Shown piece by piece: positions 8,377 through 16,701 of a stretch of DNA of 32,000 nucleotides. The stretch lies in assembly GCA_942493095.1 (NCBI GenBank), contig OW818675.1:510001-542000 (forward strand), read 5' to 3'. The position numbers were made by a program, and so were the translations under genes. The stretch is from Candidatus Electronema halotolerans (lineage in GTDB: Bacteria; Desulfobacterota; Desulfobulbia; Desulfobulbales; Desulfobulbaceae). Within the stretch, counting starts at the first letter, position 1; each line of letters opens with the position of its first letter. The notes below the pieces were generated by a model. It made no database searches and was not told the DNA's origin. It was given only the letters and a program-made list of their open reading frames with translations.

Positions 8377-10530
8377 ATGTCTGACAAAAAACAGCTGTGG
8401 CAGATAATTTTTCTGTCAGCAGGCGCAACCATTCTGCTGGCATTGCTCTTCATTGATTACCGCAACTTCATCCAACCCAGCATCAGCTATCTCGGCAACC
8501 TTCAGAACATAGAAACGACAAATTCCGTCAGCAGATATGATTTCACACCGGAACAATTGTCTTTGACGTTCAATGCAACAAATGATGCTTTTTTCTCCTT
8601 TCCCTTCGCAGTCAAACTTTCCAGCTGGAAGCGGCTCCGTGTGAATTTCTCAAAATTGCGGGGAGTTAAATACATATCTGTCTTCTACCGTCTTGAAGGA
8701 AACCCAGGCTTTCCAAAAGACCAAACAATAACGCAGCCAATATCAAAAAAGAATACATACAGTTACGATTTTTTGCTTCCTCCCGGCAGCTACACGCATC
8801 TGCGCCTCGATTTCGACGGCTACCGTCCTGATGCTGAAGCCACCATCACAGATATTCAGCTGTTTGAAGTCAGCTTTTTTTTCTACACAGGTTCCTATTT
8901 TCATATTCTCACCGCTGTCATCCTCTGTCTGCTGATTTTGCCTGGCATGATGCTGCATGCGCTGTTCGCCGACCGAGACCAAGCAGATTCAGCAACAAGC
9001 CTGCTGCTTTTCTTCTCTTTGTCAATTGCGTTCTATCTGCTGCTGTACGGCATTCTGGAAGCCTCTCATTGGTTGGCCATTGATCCGCGCATCCCTGTCA
9101 GTCTTGCCCTGCTGGCACTGCTTGCTTTCCTTGCCCTGCTGCTGTTCCGCAGCAACCGGCTGGCCCTTCTCCGCCGTCTGCTCATCAGCGAGCGTCAGTC
9201 GTTTGCTGCTGCCTTCCTTCTGTCAGTGCTCTGCGGCATCCTGCTGACTGGGTTTGTCCGGGATCCCTTCTCCTTTGCTTCGATCAACTGGGACACTGTT
9301 GACGGAAAAGTGATTTTTTGCGATTTCACCGGTCATGACAACATGTTTCAATACGTGAACGGAATGGCCATCGCCAACAATGAGCCATTTGCAAAATATT
9401 ACGCTGGTGGCAAACTGATGGCCGGAGTGCAGGACCGGGAAATGCTGGCCGGGGTCATCTATGGAGTTTTCCGCGTCCTGATCTCGGCAGTCAGCGAGGA
9501 CATGGGCCAATCCTACTTGACCTACTCCTTGGTCGGCCTCTGCATGAATATCATGGCCATTTTTCCGCTCATTGTTCTTTTTCGGCGATATTTTGGCCGC
9601 GAGCGGCAGCAGTTCCTCATCGTGATGCTGTCGCTGAACACGTTTGTGCTGTCCAACTTTTATTTCACGTGGTTCAAGTTTGCCGGTGCCGCCTTGTTCG
9701 TCAGCGGCATTGCCGCACTTCTGCGCGAAAGAAAGCGGCTCTGGGCTTGGCTGTTTGCCGGAGCGGCCTTTGGGCTGGGGTGCAACATGCACGCTGGCAA
9801 TGCCCTCGGCATTCCGCTCTTCTTTCTGCTGATCGTTTTCATGAACATCCGGGAAGAAGGGCTGCTGAACAGAAGCGTGACCATCTTTCCGCTGCTGCTG
9901 TGCATAGTTTTCGTGCTGGTCAACGTGCCTTGGGCGGTTGTCAAAGCCCTGTATTATCCAGACCACCATACGCTGCTCAAATTTCACTATCTGCCCGGCG
10001 CAACCCTTGACCAAGATTTGTTTTCAGCCGCTGTCTCCTTCTTTCAGAGTCATCCTTTGCCGGAGCAGCTGCGCTACCGGCTGCTCAACCTCTGGGACAG
10101 CCTGCGTTTTCTTGATATTTACAATATCTTCTGTTATTATTTTGACCCAGCAAAAATCAGCAAGATACTGTACCGCTGGACAGATGCTGAGTTCTACTTT
10201 TTCAGCCCCGCCATCTATCCCATGCTGACCATCGCCCTGATCAGCCGCTGGGTCCAACGGCGGCGCGTTTCGCCCATTAAAGATATGCTCCGGCAGGAAT
10301 TCTCCGCTGTGCTGACTGTGTCCTTCCTCACTGTCGGCAGCCTGATACTCCTGTCCTATCATGACTATCCTGACGCAGCCTATCACCTGCCGATGGGCAT
10401 CATTCTGATGATTTTAACCCTGCTGACCGGCTACAGCATCAGCAGCGGCACATTCAGCCGTTATCTGCTGCTGGCCTATGGCAGTTTAGCAGCTTGGCGC
10501 ACCGCGACATTGTTCATTCATTTTCTCTGA
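8377..10530 (+). CDS. Large polytopic membrane protein, probable glycosyltransferase-associated (GT-C-like)
   Basis: 717 aa, N-terminal TM plus extracytoplasmic beta-rich region, then many hydrophobic segments. Sits directly upstream of two glycosyltransferase genes. Confidence 0.65.
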   Translation: MSDKKQLWQIIFLSAGATILLALLFIDYRNFIQPSISYLGNLQNIETTNSVSRYDFTPEQLSLTFNATNDAFFSFPFAVKLSSWKRLRVNFSKLRGVKYISVFYRLEGNPGFPKDQTITQPISKKNTYSYDFLLPPGSYTHLRLDFDGYRPDAEATITDIQLFEVSFFFYTGSYFHILTAVILCLLILPGMMLHALFADRDQADSATSLLLFFSLSIAFYLLLYGILEASHWLAIDPRIPVSLALLALLAFLALLLFRSNRLALLRRLLISERQSFAAAFLLSVLCGILLTGFVRDPFSFASINWDTVDGKVIFCDFTGHDNMFQYVNGMAIANNEPFAKYYAGGKLMAGVQDREMLAGVIYGVFRVLISAVSEDMGQSYLTYSLVGLCMNIMAIFPLIVLFRRYFGRERQQFLIVMLSLNTFVLSNFYFTWFKFAGAALFVSGIAALLRERKRLWAWLFAGAAFGLGCNMHAGNALGIPLFFLLIVFMNIREEGLLNRSVTIFPLLLCIVFVLVNVPWAVVKALYYPDHHTLLKFHYLPGATLDQDLFSAAVSFFQSHPLPEQLRYRLLNLWDSLRFLDIYNIFCYYFDPAKISKILYRWTDAEFYFFSPAIYPMLTIALISRWVQRRRVSPIKDMLRQEFSAVLTVSFLTVGSLILLSYHDYPDAAYHLPMGIILMILTLLTGYSISSGTFSRYLLLAYGSLAAWRTATLFIHFL

Positions 10531-10532
10531 AA

Positions 10533-11270
10533 CAGATGTTCACAAGAAAATTTGCCGTGGTCGTGCCCATGGCCAATGAAGAGCAGGAATTTGAGCTGTT
10601 TGTCAAAGAAATGACAATGGTTCTCGACCGGCTTCCATGCGGCATGGTCTATCTCGTGGTGGACACAGTTTCAAAGGATAAGACCTTGGAATTGTGTCAA
10701 GAGCTGTCTCGGTTTGACAGCAGATTCATCACTGTCTGGGCACCGGAAAACAGAAATGTCGTTGATGCCTATCTTCGCGGGTATCGGGAAGCCCTGCGCG
10801 GCGGATGTGAAATCATCATTGAGATGGATGCCGGACTGTCGCATGACCCACGGGCTTTGCCGATGTTTCTGCGGGTTCTGAATGAAGGCAACGAGTGCGC
10901 CTTTGGCAGCCGCTTCATCAACGGCGGCTCGATTTTCGCTTCCAACTGGCGGCGCACTTTTCTTTCACAGGCCGGAACCCTGCTGGCCAATGTCCTGCTC
11001 GGCACCACGATGCGCGACATGACCTCCGGCTATCAAGGGTTTCATGCCGAAATTGTGAAAAAATTCGTTGATTATCCCTTGCTTTCAACGGCCCATTTTT
11101 ATCAGACTGAACTGCGCTATCTTCTCCGGCACACCCGCTTCGCGGAAATCCCGATCCATTATCGTGCGCCTTCGCCCAGCGTGTCGCAAAAAGCTGTCAG
11201 CAACGCCTTGGCCGTGCTGTGGCATTATTTTCTTAAACGCCTGCGCTTGCAGGCCGTCAGCATTCAGTGA
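10533..11270 (+). CDS. Glycosyltransferase family 2 (polyprenyl-phosphate sugar synthase-like)
   Basis: FAVVVPMANEEQEFELF..., VDTVSKDKT, NRNVVDAYLRGYREAL, IIEMDAGLSHDP, RDMTSGYQGFH, EIPIHYRAPSPSVS. Internal ATG 10533 preferred over the 10494 start. Confidence 0.85.
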   Translation, partial: QMFTRKFAVVVPMANEEQEFELFVKEMTMVLDRLPCGMVYLVVDTVSKDKTLELCQELSRFDSRFITVWAPENRNVVDAYLRGYREALRGGCEIIIEMDAGLSHDPRALPMFLRVLNEGNECAFGSRFINGGSIFASNWRRTFLSQAGTLLANVLLGTTMRDMTSGYQGFHAEIVKKFVDYPLLSTAHFYQTELRYLLRHTRFAEIPIHYRAPSPSVSQKAVSNALAVLWHYFLKRLRLQAVSIQ

Positions 11271-11273
11271 TCA

Positions 11274-12296
11274 GTGATCAATTCCGACCGTCCTGCGCCG
11301 CTCATGCCTCCAACATTTTTAGTGATCACCTCCATCGCCGCCAGCAGCCATCCGGTTCTTCAATGCTATGCCAAAGAAGCTGCGGCACATGCCATGCCAA
11401 TGATCGTGGTTGGCGATTTGAAAAGTCCGGCCCAGTTTGACCTGCTTGGCTGCGATTTTTATTCAGTCGCCCGGCAGCAAGCCATGTCCTCGGAGCTGGC
11501 CAAGCTGCTGCCGTGCAATCATTATGCGCGGAAAAATATAGGCTACCTTGCCGCCATGCGGCAGGGTGCGGAAATCATCGTCGAAACCGACGACGACAAC
11601 CTGCCCGGCAGCGACTTCTGGCAGGAACGGCGGCGGCGGACAACAGCGCATCTGCTGACCGGCAAAGGCTGGGTGAACATCTGCCGGTACTTCACGGACC
11701 GCCACATCTGGCCGCGCGGTTTCGCCCTCGATCATATCCGTGACGACGTGCCCAAGCTTCCTGACGAAGTTGCTGTTGACTGTCCGATTCAGCAAGGTCT
11801 GGCTGATCAGAACCCTGATGTTGATGCCATCTACCGCCTGACCATGCCGCTGCCGGTTGATTTTGCTCCCGGCCCGAATGTGGCGTTGGGCCAAGACAGC
11901 ATCTGTCCGTTCAACAGCCAGAACACCACGTGGTTCAAGGATGCCTTTCCTCTGCTGTATCTGCCCTCGTTTTGCAGCTTCCGAATGACCGACATCTGGC
12001 GTTCGTTCGTGGCCCAGCGGATCGCTTGGGAATGCGGCTGGCATGTCCTTTTCCATCGCAGCACGGTCTGGCAGGAACGCAACGATCACAACCTGCTGCA
12101 TGATTTCAGGGATGAGGTGCCAGGATATCTGAACAACGGCAGGATTGTCGATGAATTGCGGCAACTGCGCTTGCAAGCTGGCGCGGAGGGCATCGCCGAC
12201 AATATGCTCATGTGTTATCGGAAACTTATCGACATGGCCCTCATTGATCACCAAGAATTGCCGCTGGTCGCCGCTTGGCTGAAGGATGTCCTCTGA
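11274..12296 (+). CDS. STELLO/DUF288-like glycosyltransferase
   Basis: 340 aa; FLVITSIAASSHPVLQCYAKEA, VVGDLKSP, LLPCNHYARKNIGYLAAMRQGAEIIVETDDDNLPGSDFW. The ARKNIGYLAA... ETDDDN core is typical of STELLO-type proteins. Confidence 0.7.
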   Translation: MINSDRPAPLMPPTFLVITSIAASSHPVLQCYAKEAAAHAMPMIVVGDLKSPAQFDLLGCDFYSVARQQAMSSELAKLLPCNHYARKNIGYLAAMRQGAEIIVETDDDNLPGSDFWQERRRRTTAHLLTGKGWVNICRYFTDRHIWPRGFALDHIRDDVPKLPDEVAVDCPIQQGLADQNPDVDAIYRLTMPLPVDFAPGPNVALGQDSICPFNSQNTTWFKDAFPLLYLPSFCSFRMTDIWRSFVAQRIAWECGWHVLFHRSTVWQERNDHNLLHDFRDEVPGYLNNGRIVDELRQLRLQAGAEGIADNMLMCYRKLIDMALIDHQELPLVAAWLKDVL

Positions 12297-12300
12297 CACT

Positions 12301-12513
12301 ATGCGCATCAAGCCCTCGCATCTGCTGTTTCTTCTGACCGCCTTGAACATCACGGGCTGCGCCCCGACGTTGTACGAGATGATGGAGAATGGCCGCACTC
12401 TTGCCTGCGACTCGCTGCACGGACAGGAGCGCGAGGAATGCTTGGCGCAGGCAAGGAAAAGTTACGATGAGTACGAACGGGAACGTGAAGAGGCGATCAG
12501 CAAGGATAAATAA
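12301..12513 (+). CDS. Small putative lipoprotein
   Basis: MRIKPSHLLFLLTALNITGCAPTLYEMMENGRTLACDSLHGQEREECLAQARKSYDEYEREREEAISKDK; lipobox ITGC. Confidence 0.6.
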   Translation: MRIKPSHLLFLLTALNITGCAPTLYEMMENGRTLACDSLHGQEREECLAQARKSYDEYEREREEAISKDK

Positions 12514-12886
12514 GAGCTGTGATAACAGGGCGGAATCGCCGCCAGCTTACTGCCCGGCCAGCGTTTCATCGCCAAAGATATCGTGCGTGATCTCCTGATA
12601 GGCGGTCAGCAGGCCGGGCTGCTGCTCGGCGGGAATCGGATGCGCAGAGCCGGGCAGAGTGCCCGTCCTACGTGTCAAGACCCGAATGATACCTACACCT
12701 TGAGCGGCAGCACAGCTACGGCCCGCCAGACCCTCTATGACAGCTGCTTGGATTACTGGCAGGAATGGCAGGCTGGGGCAAAGAAATTCTCAGCCCTGCC
12801 TGCGGTGCTCCATCTGCTTGGTCCAAGCCACCGGCAGCCTTGACTGGCCCGGAGCAAGGAAATCAGCCACCTTTCCCCTCAAGGAC

Positions 12887-13171
12887 TTACTTGTCCATTT
12901 CTATCCATCTGCTCAATATTTCAATGATCTTCTCAGCCTGCCTTGCGCTGGAAATATTGAATTTGGATTTGGGGACATATTGATCATTGCGTTTCTGATA
13001 GCGGCGGATGCTGTATTTCAAGGGGCCATAGTCCTGCTTCTTGCGGTCATACTCTTGATATCGGAACAACAGCGTTGTCCACAGTCCCTTGGTCAGCACC
13101 TCCTTGTCCAGCTCTTTGACCAACAGCAGGCCGTCTTCCTCGTAGTTTATGGTTATCTCATCAATATCCAT
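12887..13171 (-). CDS. Hypothetical 94-aa charged protein
   Basis: Complete ORF, MDIDEITINYEEDGLLLVKELDKEVLTKGLWTTLLFRYQEYDRKKQDYGPLKYSIRRYQKRNDQY..., balanced soluble composition. Downstream of and co-oriented with the Hdr-like operon. Confidence 0.65.
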   Translation of the reverse strand: MDIDEITINYEEDGLLLVKELDKEVLTKGLWTTLLFRYQEYDRKKQDYGPLKYSIRRYQKRNDQYVPKSKFNISSARQAEKIIEILSRWIEMDK

Positions 13172-13315
13172 CCCTGCTCCCTTTCATGACGCTGTTTTCC
13201 ACACGTCTTTTTCATATTCTCAAGAAGGCTGCTGAAGCAGCGGGTCATCAGGCGCATGAATTCTCTCCTGCCTGCAAGCAAGGCCAGCAGCCCCATGAAG
13301 CTGCTGACTGATCAT

Positions 13316-16300
13316 TCATGCCGGAACCTGCTGCTGGAGCAGCCCGTCAATCTCGGCAAATATCTGCCGGTCCGTGAAATGCCTGATCTTGGCCGCGCCG
13401 CTGGGACAATGGCCTGCGCAGCTGCCGCAGCCCTTGCAGACAGCCTCGTTGACCTCGCTGACTCCTTTATAAGCATTAAAGGTGATGGCCCCGTAGGCGC
13501 AGAGTCCGATGCAGGCTTGGCAGCCAATGCAGATATCCGGATCAATTGCGGAAATCATCGGAGAAATCTCAACCGTGCCAGAAGAGCTTAACGACAGGCA
13601 TTCCGCCGCCGCGCCTTTGGCCTGGGCCACGGTGTCGGAAATATCCTTTGGCCCCTGACAGGTTCCAGCTAAGAACACGCCGCTGGAAGGGGTGGAGACC
13701 GGCTCCAGTTTGGGATGCTCCTCTTGGAAAAAGCCGTCTGCTCCAGTGGTGATGCCAAAGGTGCGGGCCACATCGAGAGCATCCTTGCGCGGCTCTATGG
13801 CCATGCAGAGGATGGCCATTTCCACATTGATTTCCACCATCCTGCCGGACAGGGTGTCCTCGGCCCGGACCACCAAGGTCTTGTCAGCCAGCTCGGTGAT
13901 CTGCCCGGCCTTGCCCCGGATCATGCGCACGCCCTCTTCCTGCACCTTTTTGTAGAACTCCTCATACCCCTTGCCAAAACAGCGCATGTCAATATAGAAG
14001 TTATAGACCTGCGTGTCATGGCCGCATTTGTCCTTGAGCAGGTGAGCGAACTTGAGGGCGTACATGCAGCAGACCCGCGAACAGTACTCGTGATGATTCT
14101 TGTCGCGACTGCCGATGCAGTGGAGAATGGCCACGCTCTTCGGAACCTTGGTGAACTTGCCTTCGTCATCCCGAATGAGCAGTTTGCCAGAAGTCGGGCC
14201 GGTGGCATTGCTCAGGCGCTCAAACTCAAAGCTGGTATAGACATTGCGGTGTCTGCCATAGCCGTACTGGGTCATCGGGGTCGGGTCCATCAGATCAAAA
14301 CCAGTGGCTACGATAATTGAGCCAACCTCCAGCTCCAGCGTTTCCGGCTGCATGTCATGATCAATGGCCTTGGGCATGCAGGCATCCACGCACTGATAGC
14401 ATTCGGAACAAACCCCGCATTCAAGGCAGCGTCTGACTTCGCGCTGCACCTGCTCCTCGGTGAGACTGCCGATGATTTCCCGGAAATTGCCGGTCCGCTC
14501 TCGCACCGGCAGCCGGGGCGCACGTTCCCGTTTCACCGGCTTTTTGTCGCCGATATCAGGTTTTGTATAATCCCAAGACCTTGCCCGGCCCTCTTCCAGC
14601 TGCCTGCCGTTGAGGAAGCGGTCAATGCTCTCTGCCGCCTCTTTGCCAGAGGCAACCGCTTCAACCACGGAGCGCGGCCCATGCACAGCATCGCCGCCCG
14701 CAAAAATCCAGCTAATCGGCGACTGAAGGGTCAGTGGATCAACATCCAGACCACCTCGCTTGGTGACGGCAATATTCTCACTGTCGGCAAAATCCAGCTC
14801 CGCGCTCTGGCCAATGGCGACAATGACCGTGTCCGCTTCCAAAGAGATCAGCTCGTTTTCATCGTACTGAGGCCGGAACGCACCGCTGGCATCAAAGACC
14901 GCTGTGCAGCGTTTGAACTCCACCCCGGTGCAGACGTGATCTGCGCCAAGGAACCGCTTTGGTCCCAGCGAGTTGATGATATCGATCTGTTCCTCCAACG
15001 CCTCTTCGACCTCATAGTCCCAAGCAGGCATCTCCTCCCGCTTTTCCAAGCAGATCATAGTGACTTTTGCCCCGCCCAGCCGTTTGGCAGTCAGGGCCAC
15101 ATCAACCGCCACATTGCCGCCGCCAATGACAATGACTTTCCTGCCCACGGTCACGTCTTTGCCCAAGGCCACATTGCGGAGGAAGGCCACGCCCGGCAGA
15201 ATGCCCTGCATCTCCTCGCCCGGCACGCCCAAGGCGCGGCTGCCGTGCAGGCCGGTGCCGATGAACAGGGCCTTGTAGCCGTCCTTGCGCAGACTCGCCG
15301 CAGTCACATCCCTGCCAAAGGCGGTGTTGGTTTTGATGACCACGCCCAGCTTTTCGATCAGGCCGATTTCTTTGGCCAGAGTCTCTCGCGGCAGGCGGTA
15401 TTCCGGGATGCCGACCGCCATCATGCCGCCCTTGATTGGCAGCTTTTCAAAAATCGTGACCTGATAGCCTTTCTGAGCCAGATAATAGGCAGCGGTCAGA
15501 CCGGCTGGGCCTGAGCCGACCACGGCCACTTTTTCCGAGCGTTTCTGCTCAATCTCCGGCATGTACGGATCGGCTGAATCCAGATCAAGGTCAGCAATGT
15601 AGCGGTGCAGATGCTGAATGGCCATAGGCTGCTCGACATCGCCGCGTGTGCAGGCCCCCTCGCAGGGATGGTGGCAGACCCGACCGCAGGTGGCTGGGAA
15701 AGGATGATCTTTCTTAAAAACCCGCACAGCCTCTTTGTACTTGCCCAGCTCCATCAGGGCGATGAAGCCCTGAATGCTGACATGGGCCGGACAGGTCGCC
15801 TTGCAGGGCGCAGGTCCTTTTTTGTCAATGATGTAGGTGATCGGCACTGCTTGGGGAAAGGAGCGGTAGATGGCCTTGCGGTCAGCAATGCCCACATCCC
15901 ACTCATTGGGCCGGGTGATTGGACAGACCTTGGCGCAGTCGCCGCAGCCGGTGCAGATGCCCTCTTTGACGTAGCGGGGCTTTTTATGCACTTTGACCTT
16001 GAAGTTGCCGATAAAGCCCTGCACTTCCTCCACTTCCGCATGGGTGATCAGCTCAATGTTCGGGTGCTGGCCCACGGCAACCATTTTCGGAGTGCCGATG
16101 CAGGCGGCGCAGTCCAAGGTAGGAAAGGTCTTGTCATACTGGAGCATGTGGTTGCCGACTGTGGAGCCTTTTTCGACCAGATAGACCTTGTAGCCCGCCT
16201 TGGCAATGTCCAGCGAAGCCTGCATTCCAGCAATGCCGCCGCCCACCACTAACGTATTTGTGTTGACGGAAAATTTGCTTGGCGTGAGCGGGCTTTGCTT

Positions 16301-16687
16301 GGTTACTCTGGTGATGCCGGCCCTGACCACGGTTTTGGCCTTTTCCGTGGCCTCATCCTCATTTTCCGTGACCCAGGAGACATGCTCGCGGACGCAGACC
16401 ATGTGGAATGCCTTGTACGGATTCAGCCCGGCCCGCTGACAGGCGGCCCGGAAGGTTTTTTCGTGCATTCTCGGCGAACAGGAGGCCACGACCACGCAGT
16501 CAAGGTCATGCTCCTTGATGTCCGTCTCCACCAGCTCTTGGCCGGGATCGGAACACATGAAGAGGTAATCGCGGGCCACGACCACGCCGGGCAAGGTGGC
16601 CGCATATTCAGCCACTTCCTGCACCCGAACTCTGTAGGCAATGTTGATGCCGCAGTGACAAATGTAAAATCCAATCCGTTTTGACAT
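13316..16687 (-). CDS. HdrA-like FAD/Fe-S oxidoreductase with inserted GltD-like (NADPH-GOGAT small-subunit-like) module
   Basis: HdrA hallmarks: FYICHCGINIAYRV, VVVASCSPRMHEKTFR, VVGGGIAGMQASLDIAKAGYKVYLVEK, FPTLDCAACIGTPKMV; CTGCGDCAKVCP. GltD-like part: CKATCPAHVSIQGFIALM, CGRVCHHPCEGACTRG, VAVVGSGPAGLTAAYYLAQKGYQVTIFEK. C-terminal IDPDICIGCQACIGLCAYGAI / CKGCGSCAGHCPSGA. Start taken at MSKRIG (ORF extends to 16705). Confidence 0.9.
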   Translation of the reverse strand: MSKRIGFYICHCGINIAYRVRVQEVAEYAATLPGVVVARDYLFMCSDPGQELVETDIKEHDLDCVVVASCSPRMHEKTFRAACQRAGLNPYKAFHMVCVREHVSWVTENEDEATEKAKTVVRAGITRVTKQSPLTPSKFSVNTNTLVVGGGIAGMQASLDIAKAGYKVYLVEKGSTVGNHMLQYDKTFPTLDCAACIGTPKMVAVGQHPNIELITHAEVEEVQGFIGNFKVKVHKKPRYVKEGICTGCGDCAKVCPITRPNEWDVGIADRKAIYRSFPQAVPITYIIDKKGPAPCKATCPAHVSIQGFIALMELGKYKEAVRVFKKDHPFPATCGRVCHHPCEGACTRGDVEQPMAIQHLHRYIADLDLDSADPYMPEIEQKRSEKVAVVGSGPAGLTAAYYLAQKGYQVTIFEKLPIKGGMMAVGIPEYRLPRETLAKEIGLIEKLGVVIKTNTAFGRDVTAASLRKDGYKALFIGTGLHGSRALGVPGEEMQGILPGVAFLRNVALGKDVTVGRKVIVIGGGNVAVDVALTAKRLGGAKVTMICLEKREEMPAWDYEVEEALEEQIDIINSLGPKRFLGADHVCTGVEFKRCTAVFDASGAFRPQYDENELISLEADTVIVAIGQSAELDFADSENIAVTKRGGLDVDPLTLQSPISWIFAGGDAVHGPRSVVEAVASGKEAAESIDRFLNGRQLEEGRARSWDYTKPDIGDKKPVKRERAPRLPVRERTGNFREIIGSLTEEQVQREVRRCLECGVCSECYQCVDACMPKAIDHDMQPETLELEVGSIIVATGFDLMDPTPMTQYGYGRHRNVYTSFEFERLSNATGPTSGKLLIRDDEGKFTKVPKSVAILHCIGSRDKNHHEYCSRVCCMYALKFAHLLKDKCGHDTQVYNFYIDMRCFGKGYEEFYKKVQEEGVRMIRGKAGQITELADKTLVVRAEDTLSGRMVEINVEMAILCMAIEPRKDALDVARTFGITTGADGFFQEEHPKLEPVSTPSSGVFLAGTCQGPKDISDTVAQAKGAAAECLSLSSSGTVEISPMISAIDPDICIGCQACIGLCAYGAITFNAYKGVSEVNEAVCKGCGSCAGHCPSGAAKIRHFTDRQIFAEIDGLLQQQVPA

Positions 16688-16701
16688 GTCGTTTCTCCTG
16701 A

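Noticed and set aside
9223-10014. 263-aa minus-strand ORF
   Set aside because: Antisense to the 717-aa membrane protein; highly charged, with no family features.
12583-12843. 86-aa plus-strand ORF after the small lipoprotein
   Set aside because: No signal, family or RBS support. Another frame on the minus strand also reads open for part of it, so the region may hold a decayed gene, but neither frame could be supported.
14357-15514. 385-aa plus-strand ORF inside the HdrA-GltD gene
   Set aside because: Antisense shadow of a clear HdrA/GltD coding sequence; its translation is low-complexity with no recognisable motifs.
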